Shown in pieces: positions 49,696-59,686 of a stretch of 64,000 bases of DNA. The stretch comes from Prevotella sp. GTDB taxonomy: Bacteria; Bacteroidota; Bacteroidia; Bacteroidales; Bacteroidaceae. Every line of letters starts with the position of its first letter. The stretch's first letter is position 1. The stretch spans positions 11,526-75,525 of the forward strand of contig NZ_DATCYK010000028.1 in the NCBI RefSeq assembly GCF_036570325.1, read 5' to 3'. A program made the translations under genes and the position numbers. The notes under the pieces were generated by a model. The model was not told the origin of the DNA. It did no database searches and was given only the letters and a program-made list of their open reading frames with translations.

Positions 49696-49712
49696 AACAA
49701 ATGCACTTGAAT

Positions 49713-50996
49713 ATGAAACATTTTAGCACAATACCGGCCCTCTTGATGGGCCTGACGATACTGCTGAGCGGCTGTTCGGCCGAGAGCATGGAGAAACTTT
49801 TGTCGCCCATGGTGGTAGCTCCGCCGGCCACGATAGAGCGCGACGTGAAGGGACATGACCAGATTTACGCCATCCAAGTGGTGCTGCGCATGGCCCGACA
49901 GCGGCCCGACAACCAAACGTATTCGGCCTACGGGCTCAGCAATTTCGTGACGCCGCCCCTGCCATTGTTCCAACAAATCGACCTCAGTAAGGACGATGCG
50001 GGCAACGTAACCATCACGTCCGAGCGCAAAGCCTTTGACGTGGTGAAGGGAAAGAACGTCTGCTACGGGCTGGAATTGAGATACTTCGATATCAACGGCA
50101 AGCTCATCAACCACCAGTTCTCACGCTACGACCCCGAGGATTTGGAGAGTTCTACCCTCCTCCATCACCAACATTTCTTCACGTTGCAGAATTATTCGCT
50201 CACCGGCGAGCAGCTTACCTACCCCATGAGCCTCGATAGCACCTACTACGATCGCTACCTTTTCAAGACCGACGACGAGGGGCGACGCCTTAAGAGTACC
50301 GTGGCCTCGCCTAAAAACGTGTACGTGGAGGTGGGAAAAGAGGTGGATAACGACCTGCCTTACAACGCTTCCTTGGCCCGAAAGGCCGTGGAGGTGAGCA
50401 TGACCCGGCAGGCCACGGCCCCCTACCGCGACCCTTCCACGGGCAAGGAGTACGAGCTTTACAAGGCCATCGACCAAACGGCGCTCAACGCCATGGTAAA
50501 AGAAATATTCACCTATGACTACCGCGACACCGACCCCGTGGAGCTTGAGCTGGGCCAAGCGGTGAAAGGCAACGACGACATGGGCCGCTCACGGCTGGGC
50601 GAACCCGTGAAACTGTTGCAGCGCCATCGTGACCTCATGACCGCCAAGAACTACGATAGGCTAGGCTTCAAGGGCATGCTGCGCTTCCACAAGAGCAATG
50701 TGGCCTTCCAAATGCGTATCTGTATTTCGCACATGATAGGCTCCAAGGAGAAATATCTCACCGCTAACGGCATTGAGGGGCTCAACGGTCACGACGAGAT
50801 ACAGCCCTCGTGGAACACGTTTGACATAGATTACCCCATTGCTTTCCGTGTGATAGCCGACGCTGATGAGGCCGATAAGGAGAAGTTTGGCGCCGATGTG
50901 CGCCGCTACTACCCCGAGGCTGCCACGGAAACGCTGGTGCGTATGTTTGCCACCGACGGCGATTACTATCGCCTTATTCCCCAAATAACGATGTAA
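49713..50996 (+). CDS. Uncharacterised lipoprotein A
   Basis: lipobox LSGC; LLHHQHFFT motif; start may be 49701 or 49713. Confidence 0.85.
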   Translation: MKHFSTIPALLMGLTILLSGCSAESMEKLLSPMVVAPPATIERDVKGHDQIYAIQVVLRMARQRPDNQTYSAYGLSNFVTPPLPLFQQIDLSKDDAGNVTITSERKAFDVVKGKNVCYGLELRYFDINGKLINHQFSRYDPEDLESSTLLHHQHFFTLQNYSLTGEQLTYPMSLDSTYYDRYLFKTDDEGRRLKSTVASPKNVYVEVGKEVDNDLPYNASLARKAVEVSMTRQATAPYRDPSTGKEYELYKAIDQTALNAMVKEIFTYDYRDTDPVELELGQAVKGNDDMGRSRLGEPVKLLQRHRDLMTAKNYDRLGFKGMLRFHKSNVAFQMRICISHMIGSKEKYLTANGIEGLNGHDEIQPSWNTFDIDYPIAFRVIADADEADKEKFGADVRRYYPEAATETLVRMFATDGDYYRLIPQITM

Positions 50997-51009
50997 AAAA
51001 CTGATTATC

Positions 51010-52368
51010 ATGATGAAAACGATAACATTCTCGCTCCGCCTATCGGCCTTGGCGCTGGTGGCCATGAGCCTTACGGCGTGCGACCAATTCGTGTTCGGTG
51101 GCGTGACCATCGACGAGGAGAACAATCCCATCACCCAAAAGAAGGTGCCACTATCGGGCGCCGAGATTTATTATGGCACCGAGGCGGGCCAAAAACCCGT
51201 GCCCACGACCACCGACAAGGCCATTCCCAACCCCGACGCCGGGGGCGCCTTTGCCGATTGGTACACCTGCTTGGTGATGTTGAAGGAGGGCCATCCCCAC
51301 GGCGGAGGCATGATGCACGGCAATTATGTCTACACAAAGGCGCCGTGGAAGCAGGAACAATTCGCCCAAATACATAACTATAAAAGTGGCATAGAGGTGG
51401 AAATGGACCGCCAAAGCGTCAGCACGATGATAGAACAGCAGCGTGGCAAGCAGGGCCCCGAGTATTTCCGGGTCATCGGAGGGCCCGCCAAGCTGTGGGG
51501 ACTGTGCCTTTATTTCTACGACAAGAATGGCAAGTTGATGAACGACAGCATACTCTCGCGCTCCGACGAGTACCAGTTGTTCTTCTCCATCAGCGACGTC
51601 GACGCCGCGAATCGCCCCTACGAGGTGCGCGACGTGCGCTATCGGGGCGGCAGCGAGGTGCCCAAGGGCGAGGTAAAACCTATCGAGGGCGTGGCCGCCG
51701 AGAGCTTCGTGGGCAAGAAAGACTTTGAGTCGCGCCGCCTCATGACGCCCCAACTGTTTACCTACACCTATCGTGACACGTGGCATTACGACGACATGAA
51801 CGACGGCGTGCGTGAGCTGTTCAACATCAAGCTCCTGCCTCCGCTCACGCCCCGGCAGCATTTCGACGCCCGCAATCCCGAGGACCAAGACTGCGTGGGG
51901 CTGAAAGGTCACTTCAAGTTCGACTATCCTTCGGACGGGTTAGACGAGCGCCCGTGGCCCATCGAGCTAAGCAAGAAGAGCTTTCGCCGCCAATATTTCC
52001 GCCCCACCTACCTGCTGCCACAGTTTTACTTGGCTGTGAGGGTGATGAAATGCCGCAAGGGCAAGAAGGCTCTCAACGCCATTCCCGAGGGTATCCGTGC
52101 GCTAAGTCTCGCCTGCTGTGCCCCGTTCTACGCGCCCAACGCGGAGTCCGAATGGCAGGAAATCATCCGTTTCAACCTGCCCATCAAGGTATATGCCAGC
52201 ATGTTCGACAGCGACCCGACCAACGTCGACAGCCATGAGCCTTACTACTTTAACCTCGGCCGGGAGATAGGACTTACCCCCGAGGAGGCCCTCGACGCCG
52301 CTAACAACCAAATCATCCACTCCGGCGACGGCTCCGGCGGGCTGGGTTACGGCGCTTGGTTCTTGTAA
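51010..52368 (+). CDS. Uncharacterised lipoprotein B, distant paralogue of A
   Basis: lipobox LTAC; EGHPHGGGMMHG; shares GL.L.++D.NGKL+N, Q.FF, FTY.YRDT and G.KG..F blocks with A. Confidence 0.85.
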   Translation: MMKTITFSLRLSALALVAMSLTACDQFVFGGVTIDEENNPITQKKVPLSGAEIYYGTEAGQKPVPTTTDKAIPNPDAGGAFADWYTCLVMLKEGHPHGGGMMHGNYVYTKAPWKQEQFAQIHNYKSGIEVEMDRQSVSTMIEQQRGKQGPEYFRVIGGPAKLWGLCLYFYDKNGKLMNDSILSRSDEYQLFFSISDVDAANRPYEVRDVRYRGGSEVPKGEVKPIEGVAAESFVGKKDFESRRLMTPQLFTYTYRDTWHYDDMNDGVRELFNIKLLPPLTPRQHFDARNPEDQDCVGLKGHFKFDYPSDGLDERPWPIELSKKSFRRQYFRPTYLLPQFYLAVRVMKCRKGKKALNAIPEGIRALSLACCAPFYAPNAESEWQEIIRFNLPIKVYASMFDSDPTNVDSHEPYYFNLGREIGLTPEEALDAANNQIIHSGDGSGGLGYGAWFL

Positions 52369-52379
52369 GCCCATCGGCC

Positions 52380-52720
52380 TTAGTCAATAGGCTATGGCCT
52401 ATGGTCAACCTTCGTGGCAACCCGTGACTGACGGTGCGGAATGGCATGTCCCCGTCCCGGCGTTCCCAAAGGGTGGCTATGACGCCGCGGAAGGCCCGTT
52501 TCGACATGGCCAAAGCATGGCTTTTACGCTTCAAAAGAGCCGCTTCGGCCATGCTCATAGGCCGCTTATCGGACGGCAGGGAAGCCGTGGACCATTGCTA
52601 AGGCATGGGCTTGCGTCGTCGGGCCACATTATTTCATATACTCAGACTGTGCCAGTCTCGGCTGAACGGTCAGCCCCGTCCTTGGCGGGCTGTGCTATTT
52701 CATATATTCAGACAGTAGTT
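52380..52720. repeat. 11-bp-period intergenic tract with a 66-bp-spaced duplication
   Basis: caaagcatggc/ttttacgcttc/aaaagagccgc/ttcggccatgc; atttcatata(c/t)tcagac(t/a)gt at 52631 and 52697. Confidence 0.65.
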
Positions 52721-52738
52721 ATTTAAAATAAAAATCGA

Positions 52739-53800
52739 ATGAAAAGTTTTTTAAAAAGTAAATTACCCATGGCCCTGATGGCCCTTTGTAGTCTTTCAGC
52801 TTGTAACAACGGCGGTCCCGACCCCGTCATTCCCGATTCCGAAAAGGTAGTCGACCACCTTATTTTTAAGGAAATCTGCTACACCGGAACGTTGCATGCA
52901 ACGAAGAATTATTCCTATCCTTACGACTCCTACATCAAGATTATGAATCCCACAGCGGATAAAACGTTCTATCTCGATGGGCTGTGCCTCGTGCAGACGG
53001 GGTTGAGTTGCAGCAAGATAGTTGAGCTGAAGGAAAAGAATAACTTTATTTCCACCCACTTTGGAGCCTCCCGTTTGGTGCAATTCCCGGGCAGCGGACA
53101 GCAGTACCCCATCAAACCCGGCGAGGAAATCATCATCACCGGCTACGCCATCGACCACACCAAGGAAACCGAGGAGATGTGGAATCCCGCCTCGTACGAC
53201 CTTAGCGGCGCTAAATTTGAGTGGTATTCACCGGAGCAAATCAAAGAAGAGGAAATCTTTGAGGATAACGCTGACGTACCCAACATGAAGACCTTGTTTC
53301 CCGAAGACGGCAATGACATCGTTTTCACAATGATTCCCGAGGAAGGCGCTTTGGCCCTCGTGAAACTTCCCGACGGCGTTACGATGGATAAACTGTTGAA
53401 AGAGGACGAGTACAAATGGGTCACCACGTGGACTGAATTCAAGAAAGAAGGCAACGGACAAGGCTCGGGTCACAGTCACAATAACGAGAGCGACCCCGTA
53501 GAAATGCTCAAAATTCCCAACGCATGGGTCGTTGACGCCGTGCAGATATGCCCCCAACAAGATTATAAATGGAGCGTTGTGGGTCCCGAGCTCGACCGTG
53601 GTTACAAGAGCGTTCTTACCTCATCGCGCGATAAACGCACCAATCCACAAGCCTTGGCCGGCAAGTCTTTGGTACGTCGATGGGACGGAAAGAAGTACGT
53701 AGACGGCAATAATTCTTCGCAAGATTTCGAGGTTCGCGACGCCTCTTTGTCCGCTAAAGGCAAGTCACAGCCTGTCCCCGGCGCCTCGGCAGCACAGTAA
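52739..53800 (+). CDS. DUF4876-like lipoprotein
   Basis: lipobox LSAC; IFKEICYTGT, DSYIKIMNP, IPNAWVVDAV, NNSSQDF; GHSH loop. Confidence 0.75.
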   Translation: MKSFLKSKLPMALMALCSLSACNNGGPDPVIPDSEKVVDHLIFKEICYTGTLHATKNYSYPYDSYIKIMNPTADKTFYLDGLCLVQTGLSCSKIVELKEKNNFISTHFGASRLVQFPGSGQQYPIKPGEEIIITGYAIDHTKETEEMWNPASYDLSGAKFEWYSPEQIKEEEIFEDNADVPNMKTLFPEDGNDIVFTMIPEEGALALVKLPDGVTMDKLLKEDEYKWVTTWTEFKKEGNGQGSGHSHNNESDPVEMLKIPNAWVVDAVQICPQQDYKWSVVGPELDRGYKSVLTSSRDKRTNPQALAGKSLVRRWDGKKYVDGNNSSQDFEVRDASLSAKGKSQPVPGASAAQ

Positions 53801-53940
53801 CGGGCGTAGGGAGAGGGGACTGTAACCGTTCATCCCACCTTTGGTTCCCTTTTAAAACAGTAGGTATTTCTTTCCTGAACGCCTTTGGTTCCCTTTCCCG
53901 TTGCCCCTTATTCTGCTGCCCCACAGTAGCGGATAAAGCA

Positions 53941-53978
53941 AAGGAGATGGCCCTTCGTAGGGTCATCTCCTTATTTTA
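53941..53978. terminator. Bidirectional terminator between convergent operons
   Basis: aaggagatggccc-ttcgta-gggtcatctcctt. Confidence 0.8.
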
Positions 53979-54094
53979 TGATTTCTATTTTGAGGCGATA
54001 ATTTTTTGATAGGCTCTCTTTGTTTTCTTCGTTTATCGCCGATGGTTAGGTTGTTTTCTATTGATTTGGGGTGCGTTTGGAGCGGTTTGTCGTT

Positions 54095-55732
54095 TTATTT
54101 CAGGAAATCGGGATGGCGATAGCTGATACCGCAGTCGCCGAGTTGCTTTAAATGCCACGGCAGGCGGTCAACGTACGAGCCCCAATTGGCCTGCCGGCTC
54201 CATGTAAGTTCGGTGAAAGCTTGGAGCGAAGGGAAGAGATGTTGGCCCAATTTGGTCTCGTTTGGAATCATCTCCGTCCACACACAAGCCTGATAACCCT
54301 TGATGTTTTGGCGCAGAATGCCCTTGAATTGGGGTTGGAAAGTGAAGTTGTAGAGTTCCTTGAGCAGCTCGTCGGTGGGATCGGCGCTAAGGTAGAAGTG
54401 ACCCCATTCCATGAAAATAACGGGCAATCCGCGCTGGGTCATCTCGCCAACTTGGTCGGCTTTCCAGTCTCTCCAGAAGGTATAGAGCAGCGGTTGCGGG
54501 TCTTTCTCGTGGAAAGCGTCGTCCCATGCCATGGGCTGTTTGCCTTTGCCGCGTAGGAAGTCGGCCATTTCCTTGACGAAATAGTTTTGCAGTCCGTCTA
54601 TGTCGGTTAAGTTTTTATCGCGTATAAGGGCCTGACAGTCGGGACAATTGCGCCACGCCGTCTTCTCCACTTCGTCGGCTCCGATGTGGAAGTAATGGCT
54701 TGGGAAGAGGTCGGCTACCTCGGATAAGATGTCTTTCAGGAAGCCGTAGTTCTGTGTTTTGCCCGCGCATACGGGGTCGGAGAACTCCTCGCCCCATCCC
54801 GTTCCGCCATTGCAGGACAGTTGGGGAAAGGCTTTGATGGCGGCGGAGAAGTGGCCCGGCATGTCGATTTCGGGGATAACGTCGAGTCCTCGCTGCGTGG
54901 CGTAGTCGATAAAGTCCTTGAGTTGGGCCTGCGTATAGTAGCCTCCGTACTCCTTGCCATTCCTTACGAAGCGCTCGTCGATGGCAAACGAGGGGTCGGT
55001 GGCTGCCTTTTGCATGCACTCCCGGTCGTATTTGTCAAACGTGCGCCATGCTCCTTGCGTGGTCAGGGCAGGGTATTTCTTTATCTCTATGCGCCATCCC
55101 TGATCGTCGGTAAGGTGAAGTTGCAGCTTATTGAGCTTGTAAAACGACAGTTGGTCGACCAGTTTCTTGAGGTAATCCATGGTAAACATGTGGCGGGCCA
55201 CGTCGATATGAAAGCCTCGCCACGCCGTTTTGGGCTTGTCGGCGATGGTGATTTGGGGCAGCGTCAGCCCACGGTCATCGGCCTTGCCTTGGAGAATAAT
55301 CTGGCGTAAGGTCTGCACCGCCCACAGCATACCTTGCGAGGAAGCGCACGTAAGGGTAATATCCTTCTCGCCGATGGCCAACTTGTATTCCTCCTCCGTG
55401 AGCGATTGGTCCTTTGTGATGCGGATGGTGGCTTGGTCGTTGGCCCCGGAGGTGAGGCTGGTACCGGTCATCATGCGGCCCAACGACTGCTTGAGCAGGT
55501 CGGCACAGATAGGCGTAAGGTCGGCCGAGAGCACGATTTTCTTGGGCAGGACCATATCGGTGGCGCCATACTCCATGGCCACGGGTTGGGGGATAATGGC
55601 CACATGGGCGGCGTAAGCAGGCGTTGTTTCACGGCCATCGTTATCGTCGCAGGCATACATAATGGAGAGTTGCAGCGTGGCCAAGACCGTTAGCAGCAGG
55701 CCTCGGCAAAGGTTTTTATGGATAGTTTTCAT
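54095..55732 (-). CDS. GH20 beta-N-acetylhexosaminidase lipoprotein
   Basis: lipobox MYAC then acidic DDND; HIDVARHMF, LHLTDDQGWR, PEIDMPGH, HIGADE. Confidence 0.92.
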   Translation of the reverse strand: MKTIHKNLCRGLLLTVLATLQLSIMYACDDNDGRETTPAYAAHVAIIPQPVAMEYGATDMVLPKKIVLSADLTPICADLLKQSLGRMMTGTSLTSGANDQATIRITKDQSLTEEEYKLAIGEKDITLTCASSQGMLWAVQTLRQIILQGKADDRGLTLPQITIADKPKTAWRGFHIDVARHMFTMDYLKKLVDQLSFYKLNKLQLHLTDDQGWRIEIKKYPALTTQGAWRTFDKYDRECMQKAATDPSFAIDERFVRNGKEYGGYYTQAQLKDFIDYATQRGLDVIPEIDMPGHFSAAIKAFPQLSCNGGTGWGEEFSDPVCAGKTQNYGFLKDILSEVADLFPSHYFHIGADEVEKTAWRNCPDCQALIRDKNLTDIDGLQNYFVKEMADFLRGKGKQPMAWDDAFHEKDPQPLLYTFWRDWKADQVGEMTQRGLPVIFMEWGHFYLSADPTDELLKELYNFTFQPQFKGILRQNIKGYQACVWTEMIPNETKLGQHLFPSLQAFTELTWSRQANWGSYVDRLPWHLKQLGDCGISYRHPDFLK

Positions 55733-55758
55733 ATACTGAATAGATTTTTACGGATGGT

Positions 55759-58269
55759 TTACGGGTTTTTAATGGTGGTTACGGCGCTCTGACGGCCCAA
55801 GTAAAAGAGGCGGGCCTTGACGGTTGAGGCCTTGCAAGCTACGGGATGGGTCCATCGGGGAGATTTGTCGGTGGGGTCGGAGCCGTCGGTGGTGTACCTG
55901 ATAATGGCTCCCTGCAGCGGCGTGTTGGCCTGAAGGAGCCCATCGGTGATGACGAGTCCCGGCGCCGGAAGATGGAAATTGATATGTAAGCGGTCCATCC
56001 ACGGCAACTCACGCAGGGCTATCTTGGCGTAGAAACGCGACAGGTCAGCGTAAAAAGCCTGCTCCTCGGCGGTGCCCCGCAGTTGTTCCCATTGGGGATG
56101 AACATTCCATCCACGCTCCACGAGGCCCAAAATCTTGGGCAGCATATAGGCCGTTACGTCGCTGAAAGAGCGGATGGTTTCGCTGAAAAGCTGGGCCTGC
56201 ACGCCCTTAATGTTGGCTGCCGCCTCGGGTCGGAGGGCTACTTTGCCCCGTGATACGGAGTCAATATCGAGGGGATTCTCGCTCAAGTCGGCCCTCACCG
56301 ACCGATAGATGGAAAACGGAAGGGCGGCGAACGACTTGGCCTCGTTGACCGTTCCGGCCCAGCTAAGCCCACGTTCGTCGAACAACGGGGCGTACATGAG
56401 GTCGGCATAGAAGTTAGCCACGTTGCAAAGCACTACCCCGTAACCGTTGTTGGCTACGCTGTAAGGCACCGTATCGCCACCCCATTGGGGCACGGTGTCC
56501 CAACAGTAAATGCCCCCTACATGGGGACGAAGGCTTTGGTCGGTAGCGGCGGTGTTGTGAAGGCCTATCTCCTGCCATCCCGAGAGCCTCATGCCCTGCC
56601 GTGCCACGGTAGCGGCCATTTGGCGATAGAAGTGCTCAAAGAGATGGTGTTGGCCGGTATAACCTTGCCGTTTCATGAGTTCGAGGCATTGGGGCGACCC
56701 CATCCATGCTCCCTTGGGTACCTCGTCGCCACCCAAATGAATATCGGTGAGCGCCAGTCCGGCGTCCTTATACATCTTCCCAAGCTCGGTTACGACCTTC
56801 TCCATGAAGCGATAAGTAGACGGCAGGGCCACATTGATGACATTATCGGTATAAGATTGGGCCGAGCGATAGCGCGACGTATCGGCCCGATCGGTCAAAA
56901 GATACTCCTCGGCCTTGGCCTTATCGGTGGCCATATACTTGCGGTAGCGGGCCTTCATGGCCACGATGGCGGCCCGGGCGTGGCCGGGCGCCTCAATCTC
57001 GGGTATGATTTGAACGTGGCGTTGGGCCGCATAGCGAAGCAGGTCGATGAAAGTTTGGCGACTGTAGAAGCCGTTGCCCGACGTTGTTGCGGTCGGGTCG
57101 TAATGGCCGTCATAGCAAGGATAGAGACAATGGGCCTCGTCGTGGGTGTGGCCCCGCCGCGAACCGACGGCCGTAAGCTCCTCAATGCCCGGTATCTCTA
57201 TGCGCCATCCCTCGTCGTCGGTTAAGTGGAAATGGAGCTTATTGACCTTATATTGGGCGAGAATATCGATGAGTTGCTTTACGTCTTCGGGCCGGGTGAA
57301 GTTTCGAGCCACGTCGAGCATGAAGCCACGGTAGGCCAAGTCGGGGTAATCGGTGATGGTTTGCCATGCCAAGGCCTCGGCTTTCATAGGGCGGCGGAGC
57401 ATGGCGAGGAGCGTCATGGCACCGTTGAAAACACCGTGGGGCGTAGCGCCGACGAGGCGAAAGCCCTGCTTTTCTACTTGTAGGGTGTACCGTTCGGGAT
57501 GGGCGGTGGGCAAGGTGTTTTCCGAAAGGGCCATAATGACCTTGCAAGAGGCCCCCTTTCGCACGGTGATAGCGCAGCTTTTACCCAGCCATTGGCCCAC
57601 TATGGCAGCCTCGCCGGCCAAGGCCTCGGGGTAGATGAGTTCTACCTCGGTGGGCCATGGGAGCATGCCTTTCTCCCGGGCCGGTTCGATTTGCTTTACC
57701 GAGGGCAGGATGTCGGTGGGCGCAAGGAGGCTGTCGGCGGTAAGGCGGGCATTGTTGTGGTAAATGATTCGGGCCGCACGATTGAGCTTGTCGGCCGTGG
57801 CGATGGGCTTGACTATGCGCAGATCGACGGGCAGAGGCGCCTCTTCCCTATCCCCTACGGTCTTAACGTAGTAGGCCCCCTCGGGCATTTGCGACACGCT
57901 CGAGGCCGAACCGCCCAGCTCGAACGCTACGACGAGGGAGTCGCCCGGCCGCAACGACCTGAAGGCCGACGTGGGGCGGAGGCGGAAGAAGTTGGCATTG
58001 ACAGCCTCAAGGGTTACTTCAGGGGTAAGTATGCGACCTATGTCCTTGGGCATTTGCGAGTAGTAAATGTGCCAATCGGCCGTGATGGGCGAGGTGGAAA
58101 CATTCTTCAAAACCAACGAATGGCGCTTGGCGGCGCTGTCGAGGGTCAGCGGGTCGACCGTCCAAGTGAGCGCCAAGGGGGCTTGCCGACGGCCCACGGA
58201 GCAGGCCGAGAGCCATAGCAGCAGGACCGGCAGCCAAAGGTAGGCAGATAGATGGTGGAGATATTTCAT
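55759..58269 (-). CDS. GH20 hexosaminidase/chitobiase-type lipoprotein with N-terminal carbohydrate-binding-like and C-terminal Fn3-like domains
   Basis: lipobox LSAC; MLDVARNF, HFHLTDDEGWR, PEIEAPGH, HLGGDE, IRYTTDGSDP. Confidence 0.92.
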   Translation of the reverse strand: MKYLHHLSAYLWLPVLLLWLSACSVGRRQAPLALTWTVDPLTLDSAAKRHSLVLKNVSTSPITADWHIYYSQMPKDIGRILTPEVTLEAVNANFFRLRPTSAFRSLRPGDSLVVAFELGGSASSVSQMPEGAYYVKTVGDREEAPLPVDLRIVKPIATADKLNRAARIIYHNNARLTADSLLAPTDILPSVKQIEPAREKGMLPWPTEVELIYPEALAGEAAIVGQWLGKSCAITVRKGASCKVIMALSENTLPTAHPERYTLQVEKQGFRLVGATPHGVFNGAMTLLAMLRRPMKAEALAWQTITDYPDLAYRGFMLDVARNFTRPEDVKQLIDILAQYKVNKLHFHLTDDEGWRIEIPGIEELTAVGSRRGHTHDEAHCLYPCYDGHYDPTATTSGNGFYSRQTFIDLLRYAAQRHVQIIPEIEAPGHARAAIVAMKARYRKYMATDKAKAEEYLLTDRADTSRYRSAQSYTDNVINVALPSTYRFMEKVVTELGKMYKDAGLALTDIHLGGDEVPKGAWMGSPQCLELMKRQGYTGQHHLFEHFYRQMAATVARQGMRLSGWQEIGLHNTAATDQSLRPHVGGIYCWDTVPQWGGDTVPYSVANNGYGVVLCNVANFYADLMYAPLFDERGLSWAGTVNEAKSFAALPFSIYRSVRADLSENPLDIDSVSRGKVALRPEAAANIKGVQAQLFSETIRSFSDVTAYMLPKILGLVERGWNVHPQWEQLRGTAEEQAFYADLSRFYAKIALRELPWMDRLHINFHLPAPGLVITDGLLQANTPLQGAIIRYTTDGSDPTDKSPRWTHPVACKASTVKARLFYLGRQSAVTTIKNP

Positions 58270-58288
58270 GAGAAAAATGGTTTACGAA

Positions 58289-59653
58289 TCAGTAACTCAG
58301 TCGTTTGATATGGAGCGTTTCGCGGCCCACGCCTTGGCTGTTGTCGAAAGTGAGGCGGAAATAGCCCGGCACGAAGCCCGTGTCGGAGGTGATACCATTT
58401 GATTTAGAAACCTTAATGCCTTGGGTATCGCCGCTTAGTGAGCCTTCCTGAAGCTGCATGCCGCGGTCTTTTCCCCATGCAAGGTCGGAGTAAATCTCGA
58501 CCTCGAACGAGCCCCACTCATGGTTGTTGTTGAGGTAAACGGTGGTTTGATACTTGTTATCGGCCGTCTTTACGATGTAGCCCAAGCGGAAAATATCTTC
58601 CAATCCCCATCCGCCCGTGGCGTAGTCGTCGCTCCATCGGGGCGCGGCCGTGAAGCCATGGCCCACGAGCCAATAGCCTTCGGGCGCCACGTCGGTCATG
58701 CGTGCCACCCACATATAGTTATAAGCGGGCGAGTAATATACGTCCCACGAGCCGGCGGGGCCGGTAAACGTGAGGCTGTTATCGGCGGAGTTGTAGCTGA
58801 AGAAGTCGCGGTTGTAAGCCTTCTCAAGGTCGGTTATGCCCGTGAGCGTTACCCGGTCGTTGGGCTGCAGGCTCACGGTGGCCTTGTAATAGCCGCCGGC
58901 GAGGGCCATCTCAACGTTGTTGAGCATGAGCTTTTGGTACACGCCTATGGCGCCGAATTTAAAGGTATAGGCGTTGAAAGTTACTTGTCGCACCTTCCAA
59001 TCGCTGTAATCAAAGCTGAAGGCGGCCCCCGTGGGGTTGATGAGGGCGGCGTAACCGGCCGTCTCGGCGTGGCCCCATACGTATTTGGATTGGGCCAAGG
59101 AGGCGTCGGTGGCTATGCGGGCGCTGAACGTTTCGGGGTAATCGCCCTCGGGAGTGGCGTATAAGAAGGGGTTATCGGCCTGCCGGTGCATTTCGATTAC
59201 TTGGTCGTTGTAATGCAGAAAGAGCGTTTCGGGCAGCTCGGGGCGTACCAAGGAGAGTTGTCGGGTGAGCTGTTGGCTGCCTCCCTCCACGTTGATGGCC
59301 GTGAGCGTGAGGGTAATCGGGGTATCCTCACGGTCCATGTCGAAGGGCACGGATAGGCCATGGCGGCGAATGGAGGCCTCGTTTCCCTTGGTGCGGATAG
59401 ACTCCTTGTAGAGCGATTGGCCGTCGGCCGACAGCTCCACCTCCAAGGTCGATAGGGGCGTTTCGGGGTTATTGATGTCTAAGGAAAAGAAAAGACTGTC
59501 GCCGTAGGCCAACTGCTTGTCGGTAGATAGCGTAAGTCCGGAGATTCGGGGCACGGAGTAAGGATATACCGTGCGGCCCGTTTCTTCGTAACAACCCATG
59601 AGCAAGAGGCTGCCAAGGGCCATTGCGGTAGATAGGATATGGTTAATGTTCAT
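58289..59653 (-). CDS. SusE/F-like surface lipoprotein (DUF5121-like C-terminus)
   Basis: lipobox LMGC; Ig-like domains; position directly after susD. Confidence 0.7.
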   Translation of the reverse strand: MNINHILSTAMALGSLLLMGCYEETGRTVYPYSVPRISGLTLSTDKQLAYGDSLFFSLDINNPETPLSTLEVELSADGQSLYKESIRTKGNEASIRRHGLSVPFDMDREDTPITLTLTAINVEGGSQQLTRQLSLVRPELPETLFLHYNDQVIEMHRQADNPFLYATPEGDYPETFSARIATDASLAQSKYVWGHAETAGYAALINPTGAAFSFDYSDWKVRQVTFNAYTFKFGAIGVYQKLMLNNVEMALAGGYYKATVSLQPNDRVTLTGITDLEKAYNRDFFSYNSADNSLTFTGPAGSWDVYYSPAYNYMWVARMTDVAPEGYWLVGHGFTAAPRWSDDYATGGWGLEDIFRLGYIVKTADNKYQTTVYLNNNHEWGSFEVEIYSDLAWGKDRGMQLQEGSLSGDTQGIKVSKSNGITSDTGFVPGYFRLTFDNSQGVGRETLHIKRLSY

Positions 59654-59686
59654 TTGGTTTGTGTTTAAGGAAGTGGATATAAGGTG

